This document shows, piece by piece, positions 47,400 through 59,920 of a DNA stretch of 64,000 nucleotides (positions within the stretch are counted from its first letter, which is position 1; each line of letters opens with the position of its first letter). Under the pieces are notes generated by a model. That model was not told the DNA's origin. It saw only the letters and a list, made by a program, of their open reading frames with translations, and did no database searches. The position numbers were made by a program, and so were the translations under genes. The stretch is from positions 833,430 to 897,429 of the forward strand of contig NW_003314313.1 of the NCBI RefSeq assembly GCF_000143415.4, read 5' to 3'. This DNA is from Selaginella moellendorffii. Lineage: Eukaryota; Plantae; Lycopodiophyta.

Positions 47400-48852
47400 A
47401 CGTTCATGGAGAGCGTGGACACAGTCCCAGTGATGGCCTGGCAGTGCATCAGCTCAGGCGCTCAAACTTTAACGTTGTGCTCGAATCAAGAAAGACTTAC
47501 AGCGTCCGTGCTGCGTCTCTGTTCCTCTTTCTGGAGGTTTTTTCCCCGGCACACGGAAGGCTGATGCATGTCAACGGGGAAGAGTTTTCAAAGTATCCAG
47601 CTTTGACACTCATCTGCTCGCTTGCCTTGAGTTATCACGACAGCAATGCCTCTCAATACTACGTTCAGAACCTCAGGGATGACAAAGGTGTCCATCAGGT
47701 GATCAAGATCATGCAAAAGATAGTCCGGGGTGATAACAACAGAAGGCTTTATCTGGTGCTGGGCGATGATCTCTGCTGAGCACGCGGTTTTACTCCGGAG
47801 TATTGCTAGTTTTGGTGCTGTAGTCTTATGCGGGAAGTGGCAAGAGTTTCTGAAGAAGGAAGATCGTGCACTTTTCATCAACAGCGCATTCAACGTAAAC
47901 CCGCTTCACATGTTAAGTTGCATTTACTAAACTCTCTGTTTGATTCAGGAGGTTGAAATAACAAACAACTTGGCGTAATACTACGAAAGAAAGTATTTGG
48001 GGAAGACTGGCTGGGTTCCGGGGTTGGTTGCCACCAGGAGCGATCGAAAGTACCGTAAGGTTCTTAAAGAGTACATCCAGAATCTGCCTTCGGAAGATTG
48101 ACCTCGTTTCTCAAGCTCCTTTCGAAAGGAATTGTTGAGGATGACGAAGATGACGACATTTTTGCAGAGCAAGCCGCCGGGGAGTTAGGATTGCGAGATG
48201 TCTCTCAGAGCAGCTTCGTTCCTACGCAGCAAACCAGTTCATGCTCGTGGCATGTCCAGTGGACCAGATCGATGAGCAGATTCGGCTATGGACATCAGTT
48301 ATCCAAAGCGATCATCGCGATATTTTCTCACGACTTGGTCTGAACACACAGCAGGCATGCATTCTTGTGGCGCGGTACAGGCAACCCGTCATAAAGTATG
48401 ACCAAGAAGGTCTGTGACTATAACTCCGACAGCAGCCTGCAATTTTCGTGGGAGCTTTACAATGGCGATGACCAAAGAGATCTCCGTTCCGACTCTTTTC
48501 ATTCCTATTCATGGGACTGAGAAGGGACTCGGTTGTTACTATGTTGCAGATTCGCACTTTGTAGTCATCCAGTTTGCAACAGGGACTTGGGCGATTGAGG
48601 ATCACGAGCATACCAGGTCGAGAGCACGGGAATTGTTCATGTCAGATGACAAGTCGAGGTCTCACGTCCTTGCGTGGGTGGTGTACTGCATGAGTCCTTG
48701 GTTTGAGACAAGGAAGTTTAATGTGGCGGGAGGTGGTGAACTAATCTACCATGAGGCCTATCTTAATTTCGGGTGCTTTGACAAGATCTTAGCCTGTATC
48801 GACGAGGCTGAGGGATGGTCGGTGCCGTGGAGAGATAATCAGCTTTCGCTTT
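47400..48852 (+). pseudogene. Crinkler/RHS-like NTPase-REase-like gene, copy 3 (no PHD exon)
   Basis: ORFs 47384, 47730, 48098 and 48414 align with copies 1 and 2. This copy lacks their two shared frameshifts but has its own lesions. Confidence 0.7.
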
Positions 48853-49264
48853 GCGAGAAAAGAAAGCACGCATGACTTCCAGCACAGATGACTATGGAAA
48901 AGCATTTCAACAAGAAGAATGATCGACATCGATGAACTAGAATCAGAAAAGCAAGAGAGAACCTGCTGTAGCACTACAACGACCAAATCCACCAGCAAGC
49001 AACGACAACAAACAGCTCAAGGAAGAGAAAAGCAAGCAAAGGAAAAAAAAAAAAGTACCTCTAAATTGGTTGCGTGCTTGTGCTTCGCATGGCTCAATAA
49101 AAAACTGCCAATGAAATCTCTTGGGCTGGATTTCCACTTTGTTACGCCAAAATGCAGTAAACGAGCAGTAACTCGCCCCGCGACGCCAAGGGGGCCCGAG
49201 GAAATCAAAGATCAATCAAGCAGAACATACTCAATAATGCCGCAGGACAGTGATCACGCAATCA

Positions 49265-49372
49265 CCTGGAGGTAACGCGCAAAACTATGAGCTTACTGAC
49301 AAGAGCGACGTCTGCAGCTTTGGAGTGGTGTTGCTGGAGCTCATCACGGGGCAAAAGCCTGTTGTTGAGTAA
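49265..49372 (+). pseudogene. Receptor-like kinase subdomain VIII-IX fragment
   Basis: [29 protein letters not shown] embedded in the repeat-B arm. Confidence 0.85.
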
Positions 49373-50254
49373 TTTTCAACTATAAAAAAAGATGGCACCA
49401 TTTTCATGCATGCCTCAGTGTACTACCACCACTCATACAAGAGCGCAGCATCACGCATCTTAAACCCTAGAAGCCGCAAAAAACCAGCGCTCAAGAAATC
49501 GGTTAGTTCGCCAGCCAGAGCGTTAGACTGTCTTGGCTTGGAAAAAAGGAGACCAAGTTGAGACAGAGTGAAACCAGACCAAGCTTGATTTCCCGCTTGA
49601 TATCAAGCTTGATTGAGAGTGTGTAGATACGATTGATCGAACAGCATGATAACAAAATCGTGCTCAAGAATGAAATGCACAAGCTTTCCTTTGCATCATT
49701 TGAGATTATAGCAATTGTTGAGGTGAGCTATAATGCTATCCAAAAACTGGCTCATTCCTTTCTCCTTTTTAAAAGCATTGTGGAGTTGACGAAGCAAGGC
49801 GAGATTTCTACAATGTGCTACTCGCTGATTGGCTAAAGCTGTGCTTTTGTCGTCTAATCGCTGGATGTAAGTTGAAGTGGGGAATATGCCACTGACGTGA
49901 GGAGCATCGCCACCGTCCGTCGCCTTCCAATTTTTGAATATCCTGGGGCATTTAATGGTCGCCTCCATTTTACGAGGTCACGGGACCCGCCAACGCGAAT
50001 CCCCGCCGTCGGATCTCCCCATCGACGGCTCCCCTGCCCCGGCCAAGTGCCTCTAGTTGTTCTTCCCGGCTATGGTGGCCACGGACTCGATGCCATGGAG
50101 GCGTCTAGCAGTCAGCGCTACCGCGGCGCCATTCTTTTGTGGATCTTCGCCTACATTCATCCCGGCAATGGCTAGGTAGCGCACCGGCGGCTCGAAATCT
50201 CCAGGTATCGATCGAGAAGATCGCCTCGATCCAGCCAAGATCCAAGACTCCGGC

Positions 50255-50815
50255 ATGGTAAACAATGGCACCTCGGCAGATTTCACGAATCCGAGCATGA
50301 GCAGGGTCGGCCTCGGCTATGGCATCGCAATCGCAGTCGGGATTCTCGTGCTCGTCTCCACGATCATGCTCGCCTCCTACGTTTGCGTCAGGGTTCACGG
50401 CAGGGCGCAGCTCAATCGCGCGGCGGCAGCGGCGGCGGCGGCGGCACAGCGGCAGCAGCAGCAGCAATCCAGCAGCAGCTCCGCCAGAGATCGCAGCGAT
50501 GGGGAGTGGACGATCAGTGGCTTGGACCAGGTAACGCTGGAATCCTACCCCCGGATCGTCTTCTCGGCGCAGCAGCCACTGCCGCATCCGCAAGACACCG
50601 CTTGCGCGATCTGCCTGGCGGATTATCGCGAGGCGGAGATGCTGCGCGTTCTTCCCGACTGCCGCCATGTCTTCCACGTCCAGTGCATCGATTCGTGGAT
50701 GCGCCTCCAGGCAACGTGCCCGATGTGTAGAACATCGCCACTCCCGACGCCCCAGGCGACGCCAATCTCCACGCCACTCTCGGAGCTCATCCCTCTCGCC
50801 AGGCATCCCAGGTAG
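50255..50815 (+). CDS. ATL-family RING-H2 E3 ubiquitin ligase (intronless)
   Basis: N-terminal TM helix, GLD motif (SGLDQVTLESYP), CAICLADY..LPDCRHVFHVQCIDSWMRLQATCPMCR. Confidence 0.95.
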   Translation: MVNNGTSADFTNPSMSRVGLGYGIAIAVGILVLVSTIMLASYVCVRVHGRAQLNRAAAAAAAAAQRQQQQQSSSSSARDRSDGEWTISGLDQVTLESYPRIVFSAQQPLPHPQDTACAICLADYREAEMLRVLPDCRHVFHVQCIDSWMRLQATCPMCRTSPLPTPQATPISTPLSELIPLARHPR

Positions 50816-50894
50816 AGAAATCTCGAGAAAATCTTGCTAGAACTCTCGCCATTCTTTGTATGATCCTCCCTCTCAACGAGAGCTCTTCCATGAT

Positions 50895-51866
50895 CTAGAT
50901 GGCCTTCATCGCAGTGGCGCTGCTCTCCTCGATCGTGATGAGATCCAGGAAGCGTCGCTTGGCTTGGAAATAGGGGCTGAGCGCTGGGGTGTGATCCAGA
51001 TCGTAGCGCTCGTTCAAGAACACCACCATCCTTCCCAGGCTCATCTTCATGGTGAAGAATCTCTTGTCGGATCGCAGCAAGCTCTCGAGATCCTGGCGCT
51101 GCTCGTCAAGCCCCAGCTCCTGGTGGAAGTCGTGAAGATCCGACACCGCCGCGCTCTTGGATCTGGTGAGGCTGAGGAACTCGTGGATCACGCTCATCTT
51201 GCGGTGCCGCTCCAGCTCCTTGTTCACGACCGAGAAGCGCGATCGATCGTAGGGCGAGATCATCGGCTGCCGGTATAACCTCGCCAGCTCCTGTGGCGAT
51301 TGGATCGTCTCCATGCCGCCATCGTTCTCCAGTGGGATTATTCCACTTCCAGCTCCAAACATTTCCTCCTCTGGAACCTTGCGGAGCGTCGCTAGGGTCT
51401 TCTCTCGCGCCGTGATGGCGAGCTCTGGATCCCAGCTTACGAGCCGCAGCCTCCCCCAAAGCAATCGCGCCCTGTCCCAGTGGAAGAAGCTGGGATTGTG
51501 GGAGAAGACGCGCGTGAGCTCCGGGAAATCGAAGCACTCGCATCGCAGGAGCTTGGCGGTGGGCAGCATTTCTTTCTGGGACAGCATCAAGAGCTTCCGG
51601 ATCACAAAGGCCGCGTAGGGCTCCTTGGGGATCTGCCGCTCCTGCGAGACGAGATCCCTGGCGGTGCTTGAGAATTTGACGTCGCAGCTGACCATCGGGA
51701 AGGCGCCAGGGTTTTGGAGGAGAAACCTGTGCACTGCCTCTGCATCCATCCCCAAGTCGCTGCCCAACGCGTAGCAATGCTCTACCGGCATCGTCCATCG
51801 GTGATGGAGGACGATCGCGCTGCGAATCCGGAGAGCCAGGCGTTGGGCCTTCTCCAGCTCGCGCAT
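50895..51866 (-). CDS. PORR (plant organelle RNA recognition, WTF1-like) domain protein
   Basis: 323-aa intronless ORF. IRKLLMLS..LP..KL, LRLVSWDPELAITARE, PMISPYD, SVIHEFLSLT, VVFLNERYD. Confidence 0.85.
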   Translation of the reverse strand: MRELEKAQRLALRIRSAIVLHHRWTMPVEHCYALGSDLGMDAEAVHRFLLQNPGAFPMVSCDVKFSSTARDLVSQERQIPKEPYAAFVIRKLLMLSQKEMLPTAKLLRCECFDFPELTRVFSHNPSFFHWDRARLLWGRLRLVSWDPELAITAREKTLATLRKVPEEEMFGAGSGIIPLENDGGMETIQSPQELARLYRQPMISPYDRSRFSVVNKELERHRKMSVIHEFLSLTRSKSAAVSDLHDFHQELGLDEQRQDLESLLRSDKRFFTMKMSLGRMVVFLNERYDLDHTPALSPYFQAKRRFLDLITIEESSATAMKAI

Positions 51867-51925
51867 TTCCCAGTGAAAAAAAGGAAAAAATTAGGGTTCT
51901 TGGAAAAAAACTTAGGGTTCTTGCG
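51867..51925. promoter_or_regulatory. 59-bp head-to-head spacer with two telo-box-like TTAGGGTT motifs
   Basis: aaattagggttcttggaaaaaaacttagggttcttgc between the PORR and BSD start codons. Confidence 0.55.
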
Positions 51926-53054
51926 ATGGAGGCAATGTTTCAGCGTGCGAGGCACGCCATGGAGATCGCGCTAGAGAAATCGAGGGAGCAGGCGCGGGAA
52001 TTGGCGATGGAGGCCTCCAAGAGAGCCGATCAGATCAAGGATCTCGCGCTCGACAAGGTGAGGGCTTCTGTGGCTGCTGCATCGCCGCCCGACGCTTCTG
52101 CTACTAGAATCGATGAGGAGGAATACCAGCGCTATGGCATTACTCCGGAGCTCAGGGATTTCGTCCAGGGATTGACGATCGATACATTCCGGGATTTTCC
52201 CATGGAAGACCAAGAAAGTAAGTCGGGCTTTAGCATTGCTTTCTCAATCCCGATTAACAAAGGTCTAGTTTTTTCCCATCGTTTCCAGTCGATGGACACA
52301 GTGGCAGCAACGATGAAGGTTTCGACGTTCTTTCGCCATGGAAGGAACACCATGCATTACTCGTTCTCTCTGCTGTGCCGGTAATTCTTTACACTTTAGT
52401 AGTGGGAAGTGTTGGTTGATTGATTCCCACTCATTTCTTTTCTTTTCTTTTCTTCAGGAGATCTCCGAATTTCGCTACAAGCTCTGTCCGAAGCACATCA
52501 AAGACAAGCGCTTCTGGAGGATCTATTTCACGCTCGTAGATGGACACCTTGCAAAGTAAGAGATATTCTTATTGCCTCTATCTGTCACTGTTGCCTTTTG
52601 GACGAGGTAGTGCTCACTCATTCCTTTGAAACCCACTGTTTTTCTTTGCAGGTACAATGCTCCTGCTCAGGATCCTCCTCGTGTGGAATCTCAAAGCGAT
52701 GGGCATCACACACCAGACACGCTGGCCTTGGCACCTCCGGCCACTGCACCAAAAGAGCTTGAGACGCCAGGAAAATCCATTGTGGATGATGAAGATCTCG
52801 ACAATTATTTGCTGGGTGCCCTTGACGGCGACGACGACGAACATTCAGGTACAAAAGGAAAAGAGCCCCCCTTTTTTTTTGCTATGATCAAATCGCCCAC
52901 TTAGCACTTACATTCTGTCGCAGACGGGGATGATGGAAGCCTCGACGCTGAATTCGAGCAACTTGTCAAAGATACGGTAAGCTCTGCAATGCCACTCGTC
53001 AAAACTCCTCTGATAATTGCGCAGGCAATGGATAGCGATACTGAAAAGCTGTGA
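51926..53054 (+). CDS. BSD domain-containing protein, multi-exon
   Basis: YGITPELRDFVQGLTIDTFRDFP, LSPWKEHHA, EISEFRYKLCPKHIKDKRFWRIYFTLV, acidic tail. Confidence 0.85.
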
Positions 53055-55109
53055 TCGTGGATAACTCCGAACAGTGTGAGTGTGTGCGTGCGTGTATATG
53101 AGTGTGCGCATATAGATATATAGACATATATACGTGCATCATGTCAGGGGGCATCTCGTTTCTTGCATCTTGCTCCGACGCGTAGCGCGACTCGAACGCA
53201 AGTGGACATATTCTCTCCCCAGACTGTGCACAGCAGCAACAAGGTCCAGGTTTGTTGTATGAATTCCTCATCAAAGTCTATTAAACAACACTGCACATTT
53301 TAGCAGGGATTTGGAACGATGTTTTTTTATTCTCATGCGCAACGATTTGCAAAAGCTTCCACGAATGTTTGAAGGTTTTTTGTTCTCGTGTAAGTAAGAA
53401 TGGCGTGGAACCAACCATTAACAAAGATTGATTAGAAAAGTTATATAAGTTGCCTAACTTTGAGGTTAGAACTCAATAGAATATGTTTCCGGCTTGACTC
53501 TGGGGTGTTCAGAAAGAAGCCAGATTCTCCCCCGAAGTCCACCGCAACAAGACAATAATTTGATGGCACGAAGCTTCACCTTTGTCGCTGTATCCAGATA
53601 CGCAAGTGTCACTCGTGGCCGAATTCGCCTGATAATTGAGCATGTACGCGGAGAAAGGCTGTATTTTGCTACGGTGGGTGATATCATCGCGAGCTGGCAC
53701 ACAAGAGAAAAACCAAAACAACACGGAGCTCTTCCGGACTGTGCGCGGTACGTTTTTTCCATGCCAAGGGATCTTCTTTTCCACTCTGGAGATGGCTGAC
53801 AGTCGGTCGGTCGAGGTTTTTGCTTCGCTCTTTTGATTCTCTCTCTCGTTGTAATCCTTATCCACCTCACTTTCGACGAAAAAAGGAGGCGATAAATCCA
53901 ATTTGGCATATTTGGTTTTTATTTTGGATAGTTTTTTCTATCTATTTTGTGGGCCTGCAGGTGTGGCTGGACCGAAACAATACACATCACCCTTTGAGGC
54001 CATGTGTAGAAAAAATTTTAACACACTTTTTTCTGTGGATAGCTCGAAGAAGAACACTGAAACACCGACAAAAGCAACCAAACCATAGAGGGGATGATGA
54101 ATCATGTTCAATGTGGCCGGTATATTCACAACAATAATGTCGCAACATCTGTCAAACAAAGGAATTTCCCTTGCTTTTCTACCCGACTCTTTCAATACTT
54201 TTCTACTCGAGTCAGGTGTGCTTAGAGAGATTAAAAAAAGGAAAAAAAAAAGAAAAAGAAAAAGGAAATGGAGAGGCATCCAGATAAGACTTCTGCGTAC
54301 GCCCATGCTCTCCTGTGGAGATCCCAAAAGTTGCTTCAGGCCCTTTGTGGTGGTCACGGGTGTAAAAAAAGTAAACAAAGAAATCTCCTTTGACATTTTT
54401 ATATGAATATTAACATTGTAAAAAAGTCAAAAGAAGATTTAAAACATGTCAAAATTTTTAGAAAGGTGAGTGCTTTGCTATATCATGTACGTGCTACACC
54501 ACCACCACCACCACCACCGCCACTACCAGCAGCAGCAATAATAATTCAGATAAAAATGCTGCCGCCACCGTCGCCAATGAAATGGTCAAAACATTGAAAG
54601 TTCTCTTCGCAAAAGGTTTCTATGTTCTTCCGGGCTTTGCACATGATTCTCCTTTGCATGCAACTAAATTATTGCAACCCACGCTTGCTTATTCCTCCAT
54701 CTATTTTGCATTTTATTTAAGCTTGTGTATCTCATGACCGCGACACAAGAGGCAAGGAAGCAAAGCGAGGTAGTTTTTTAAGAGATTGCAAGCTTGTGGC
54801 TTTGGGGGATCTTAGAGATCCCAAAATCAAGCCAAAGAAGAAGCCAATCACAAGCGCCGCCTATATTCATTGGGAGGCGCGCCCAAACTTGTTACCAAAA
54901 AAATATTACGCGATCCACAAAACCGACAAGAACCATATAACTAATAACGAATTTGTTGACACTGCGTACGGAGATCCTTCCAGAGCCTGGTGGACACACA
55001 TGTGTACGGCGTACGGGCGCGGCATCTAGGCAATCTGTACGGCGGCGCTTGGCCGGGGAAGCAAACAAAGCACACAAAGATGCCGCTGCCAGCACTCGCA
55101 ATGGGAGGC

Positions 55110-55145
55110 ATGGTGACGTGGCATGGCACATGGACACGTGTCCGC
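55110..55145. promoter_or_regulatory. ABRE/G-box cluster upstream of the 2OGD gene
   Basis: TGACGTGGC and the palindrome GGACACGTGTCC within about 30 bp, roughly 190 bp upstream of a TATA-like TTTATAAG. Confidence 0.4.
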
Positions 55146-55622
55146 GGCTGGCGCGCCGGACCGGCATCTGCCGTGCACGCCTCCGCTTTTCACTTTGGAG
55201 AGTTTTACATTTACTGCGCACGGGCAAACCAAACTCACCCGTCCGTACGCTCCTGGCCCCTGGAACCGGATAAGGGCCAGCGGTACAACCGCTTGGTAGC
55301 AGAAGAACAGAGTGGAGACTTCTTCTTTATAAGCGGCGCCTCGTCTCATTCTCAATCACCATCAATCCTTCCATCAATCTCTCTCATTAGCTACATTCGT
55401 GGTCGATCGCGAGCTAGGGATCGAGCAAAGCACGCGCTTCTCTCGATCCGTGCATCCACACCGATCGGTCGCTCGATCGAGGCGGTGACGCAGGAGATTC
55501 TTGTTCCTGGCACGATATCGGGATCGATTCTCTCCATCGGCTGCTCGGTCGATCGAATCTCGCGATCTTTCCTCCTCCTTGCGCCAGCGGTGCCCCGATT
55601 CTTCTCTCTTCTCTCCATCAAA

Positions 55623-56983
55623 ATGCCGATTGCGACGCGCTCCACCATGCCTAGCAGCACGCCAGCGGCCGAGTTCTTCGCGGCCTACCTCCAGGACTCC
55701 GTCACGCAGAAGCTCGATCTCAATGCCTTCGTGTGGCCCGAGGGTCTCCGCCCCGAGACGAGCAGCGGCGGCCAATTCAGCAACGACGTCCCGGAGATCG
55801 ACATCTCGGCCGCAATGCTGGCCAAGAACGAGGGCGTCCGCGCCGCCGTGGCCGCCAAGATCTCCAAGGCGGCCAAGGAGTGGGGATTCTTCCGCATTGT
55901 CAACCACGGCCTCCCGCCGGATATGATGAGCCGGGCCGAGCGCCAGGCGCACAAGTTCTTCGCGCTCCAGCTGGATCAGAAGAGGAGGGCCGCCGGGAGC
56001 TCCTCCAACCCTTTCGGCTACGCGGCCGCCGGCCCCAGCCGCGCCATCATGCGCTCCTGGCACGAGACGCTCTACATGCTGTGCAATCACGCCCGGATCG
56101 ATAATCTCGCCAACAAGGTCTGGCCTTCCGCCAAGGAGGCGTCGGATCGCAAGGAGTTTTGGTAAATCTTCTCCTCTCCATTGAGAATCTCCTCTCCATG
56201 CGTGTCGGTCTCTCCTTCTCCTCGCCCGCTTTCTTCTGTTCCATAGACGAGAATATATTCCGGAATCTTTCCCGACTCTCCCCTCCTTGATTGGATCCTC
56301 TCTAAAGCAAACGAATCTCTCTGACTCTCCCGTGCTTGCTTTTCATTGCAGCATGGCTCTATCCGATTACACGACCGCCATGAACAAGCTTGGGCTCCAG
56401 CTCCTGGAGCTCCTCCTCCAGGGGCTGGGCGTGGATCGCAACAAGCTCACACGGCACTACTCTGTAGAGGGCTCCTCCTCCGCCCGGATCAACTTCTATC
56501 CGCCATGCCCAAAGCCCGACGTCACATTCGGCCTCCCTCCACACACCGACTCGGGCACTCTCACCATCCTCCACCAGGACGCGGTGGGCGGTCTCCAAGT
56601 CTGCCGCAATGGCAAGTGGATTGGAGTCCAGCCCAAGCCCAATTCCTTCATCGTCAACATTGGCGATTGCCTCCAGGTACTGCCCTCTTTGCTGATTCCT
56701 GGCCATCATTCTCACTTTGGTTTTCTTGCACCAGGTGTGGAGCAACAACATCTACAAGAGCGTCGAGCATCGCGCGCTGGTCAACAGCTCCAGGGCCCGC
56801 ATGTCTCTGGCATTTTTCTACAATCCCACCGATGACACCATTGTTGCTCCGATCAAGGAGCTGACCAGCGCCAAAACTCCCGCCGTTTACAAGCCATTCA
56901 GCTGGGCCGAGTATCGGCTCTATGCGGGAACACACAAGAGCAAAGTTTTGAACGCCATTGACCATTTCAAAGTCCGTCAATGA
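55623..56983 (+). CDS. 2-oxoglutarate/Fe(II) dioxygenase, GA20ox-like (3 exons)
   Basis: FVWPEGLRP, VPEIDIS, EWGFFRIVNHG, RSWHET, NFYPPCPKPDVTFGLPPHTDSGTLTILHQD, YKSVEHRALVNSSRARMSLAFF. Confidence 0.9.
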
Positions 56984-57678
56984 GGCGGACCAACGGCTGG
57001 GATTGGATCTCTCCATCTGATCCCACGGACATGAAAAGCTGTAGAGGCAAAAAGAATTTTGCAACTTTTACTAATAAAAACTGATCGTTTGATCTCAACC
57101 GCTAAGCTCTCCTGGGCCGTTGGATTGGTACGTCGCCAACACCCGACAGGGTATCTTGCAGTGTGGCGACTAACAATCTTAATCGCAATCTTTCAATTCC
57201 CAATTCTTTTGTATGACAAAATAGTCAACATTCCACCCCCGAAAATATATGACACGTTTGACTTCTTGCGGAGACATTGACAAATAGCCTGAATTTTATT
57301 GATGTTTGTCAGTACGAGTGACCATTGTCACAAATCCATTCTAGCTTTTAAAGATGCTTTTCTTTTCTTCTTTTCTTTCACCGCCGTTGCTGCGTGTATG
57401 CTACAAATGGCAATGCTGTTACTGTTCAGTGGGAACCGTGTCACATCTCGCTCGAATTTGAAAGAAAAAATGAGAAAGGAAAGAAAATGTGGTTTATTCC
57501 ACTCAATAATTCTCCTCAAAGAGCAATAATTTTTAGTGCGTTCTAAAGGGTTGACATTTTCACAATCATAAGGTCAACTTCTTTTTACAATCAGAATAGT
57601 CAGCGTGTTCCCTTTTTTTGTTGGAGTTTCCTTAATGGGTTGGAATCTGGAACACAGTAGGTCCTTGTATTCAAAATG

Positions 57679-59832
57679 CTAGAAAGAATTTGCTAAAGCC
57701 AACCATGATCCAGAATCATGGCGGTCAACGTCCAGATTCTTCGTCCGAATTGCATGATGAACACCAGCTGCACATAAGAATGCAGTCTTAACGGCTGAAT
57801 CTGGCACAAATGGCATGTTTTGGAGAAGATCCTGAGCATGATTCAGCTGTCCAGACTTGCATAACACGTCAACCACGACACAGAAATGCTCCTTCTGAGG
57901 AGATATTCCATGCTCCAAACTCATCAATTTGAAACACTTGCAACACTCTCGAACCATTCCGGCATGGTTGCATCCCACAATTCCAGAGTGAAAAGTTGCC
58001 TCGTCAGGCTTGACGCCCTCAAGAGAAAAATCACAAACCAGGGAATCAATTTCTCTTTGTAACTCCTTTAGATGCCCTTGATGGGCATATGCGGCAAGCA
58101 TAGAATTCCATGACACAAGATTTCTCTCTGGCATGCTGTCAAACATTAAGACTGCCAAATCTATGTCATGGTTTTGGATCATTGTGTTCCAGGAAAATAA
58201 GTCTTTTTGTTCCATTCTACCAAAAAGAAGCTTTGCTAAATCTATAGAACCATTCCTGCAATATGCTGCGAGCAAAGCATTCGTGGCCACAAAATCTTTC
58301 GCTGGCATCTTTTCGTACAAAATTCTAGCCTCGTCTAGCTGATAGTTTCTGCCGTACTCTACAATTAAGATCGTACAAGAAGATGGATCCTCTTGTTTTC
58401 TTGATTCAAGCATTTCAATCGCTCGTTCTTGGTGTCCGTTCCGGACAAATCCTTGAAGCATTGCTCTCCATGCGATTGGATCGCACTCTGGCATTCTCAG
58501 AAATATCTCCTCCGCATCTCGAATTTGGCCGATCTGAGACAAAGCTTGAATCATTGTAGTGAATGACACGATACTTCTGTGATTCATGGCCTGGAAGAGA
58601 TCTCTTGCCCGATCAATTTGCCCGTTTTGGGCAAACGCCTGGATCATAGCATTGCAGGTAACGAGATCACAAATGGGCATTCTGTGGAAGAGATTTTCCG
58701 CCTTTTGGAGCTCGCTATTCTCGCCATAGGCAGAGATCACCGCATTCCACGCTTGGATGTTTTGCTCCGGCATTCCATGCCGTAATTCGTCTGCCAAATC
58801 CAGGTTTCCCATGCGGGCATGTGCTGCAATCGCAACGGTACATGCGATTGCATCAACGACGGGCATCGCTTGGAATGTGGTGATGGCCATTTCGAACATT
58901 CCATTTTCAGAATATGCTTGCATCATGATCGTGAACGACTGGAGATTCCTCTCTGGCATCTCGCTGAACAAACGTCTTGCTTTCTCCAAATGCCCTTGCT
59001 TGGTATATTCTGCTATCAATGTGTTCCAAGATGCCAGATTCCTTTCTGGAGCTGCCTCAAACAGAGCAGCGACTTCTTCTAGGGAGCCATTTCGAAGAAA
59101 CGCCTTTAAAAGAATATTCCAAGACTCCACTGTCTTTTCTTTCATTACCTCAAAAGTGGATCTCGCATGACACATTTGCCCATTTTCGGCATATACGCCA
59201 AGCATCGCATTGCAACACACGAGATTCCATTCGGGCATTTGGCCAAAAATCTCTCTTGCTCTAGACAGGTTCCCTGTCCCGGAATATGCTGGCAAAACCG
59301 CTGTGCAAGACACTAGATTCCTAAAAGGCATATGCTCAAAGGCATTGATTGCGTCCTCCAGATACCCAGCTTGGGCAAACGCGACAACCATGGTAGTCCA
59401 CGAAACCATCGACTTCATGGGAATTTGATCAAACAGCTTCTTACTCTCTTTAAAGTTTCCAGCTTGAGCATAAGCTTGCAACATCAAGTTCCAAGAGACG
59501 ATAGTTTTTTCTGGCATGCTTTCGAGCGTCCACCTTGCTTGATCGAGATGCCCATTTTGGGCATAAGCGCCCAGCATGATGTTCCACGAGTAAGTGTTCG
59601 GGTGCTGGATGCCCTGGAAAACAATGCGGGCATCTTCGACGCTGGAACACTTGGAAAACATGAGAACAGTCAAGTTCAAGAGGTAGATGTCCTTCGAGTG
59701 AGCGTCACTTGCGAAGATCTTGGAGTAAACTTGCCGCCCGGTGATGAGATCCTTGGATTGAGCACAGTTTCTCAACAAGGAGGCCAGATCTTCCCTGGAT
59801 AGCTCGTTGTTTCCAAGAAGAGCTTGAGCCAT
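57679..59832 (-). CDS. PLS-class pentatricopeptide repeat protein with E-type C-terminus (organellar RNA editing factor-like)
   Basis: About 717-aa intronless ORF with repeated MPERNLVSWN.ML.AYAQ.G motifs, ending EHFCVVVDVLCKSGQL...MPFVPD. No DYW. Confidence 0.93.
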   Translation of the reverse strand: MAQALLGNNELSREDLASLLRNCAQSKDLITGRQVYSKIFASDAHSKDIYLLNLTVLMFSKCSSVEDARIVFQGIQHPNTYSWNIMLGAYAQNGHLDQARWTLESMPEKTIVSWNLMLQAYAQAGNFKESKKLFDQIPMKSMVSWTTMVVAFAQAGYLEDAINAFEHMPFRNLVSCTAVLPAYSGTGNLSRAREIFGQMPEWNLVCCNAMLGVYAENGQMCHARSTFEVMKEKTVESWNILLKAFLRNGSLEEVAALFEAAPERNLASWNTLIAEYTKQGHLEKARRLFSEMPERNLQSFTIMMQAYSENGMFEMAITTFQAMPVVDAIACTVAIAAHARMGNLDLADELRHGMPEQNIQAWNAVISAYGENSELQKAENLFHRMPICDLVTCNAMIQAFAQNGQIDRARDLFQAMNHRSIVSFTTMIQALSQIGQIRDAEEIFLRMPECDPIAWRAMLQGFVRNGHQERAIEMLESRKQEDPSSCTILIVEYGRNYQLDEARILYEKMPAKDFVATNALLAAYCRNGSIDLAKLLFGRMEQKDLFSWNTMIQNHDIDLAVLMFDSMPERNLVSWNSMLAAYAHQGHLKELQREIDSLVCDFSLEGVKPDEATFHSGIVGCNHAGMVRECCKCFKLMSLEHGISPQKEHFCVVVDVLCKSGQLNHAQDLLQNMPFVPDSAVKTAFLCAAGVHHAIRTKNLDVDRHDSGSWLALANSF

Positions 59833-59920
59833 CAACTTTGCCTGGAAAGCATCCTTTTATGTCACCAGTTTTGGAGAAGGAAAGAAAGAGAGCTTACGTT
59901 GTGGTTGCTTTGGAACATAC

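Larger units (their letters stand above)
45125..49470. mobile_element. Candidate non-autonomous element bounded by about 450-bp inverted copies of repeat B (45125-45590 / 48890-49470)
   Basis: cgtgatgctgcgctcttgtgtgagtggtggtagtacactg (45140) versus cagtgtactaccaccactcatacaagagcgcagcatcacg (49416), with further matches along both arms. No TSD identified. Confidence 0.4.

Noticed and set aside
54990-55622. N-terminal 211-aa extension of the 391-aa ORF
   Set aside because: It begins at a non-ATG codon and runs through promoter elements (G-box, TATA-like). The dioxygenase starts plausibly at 55623.
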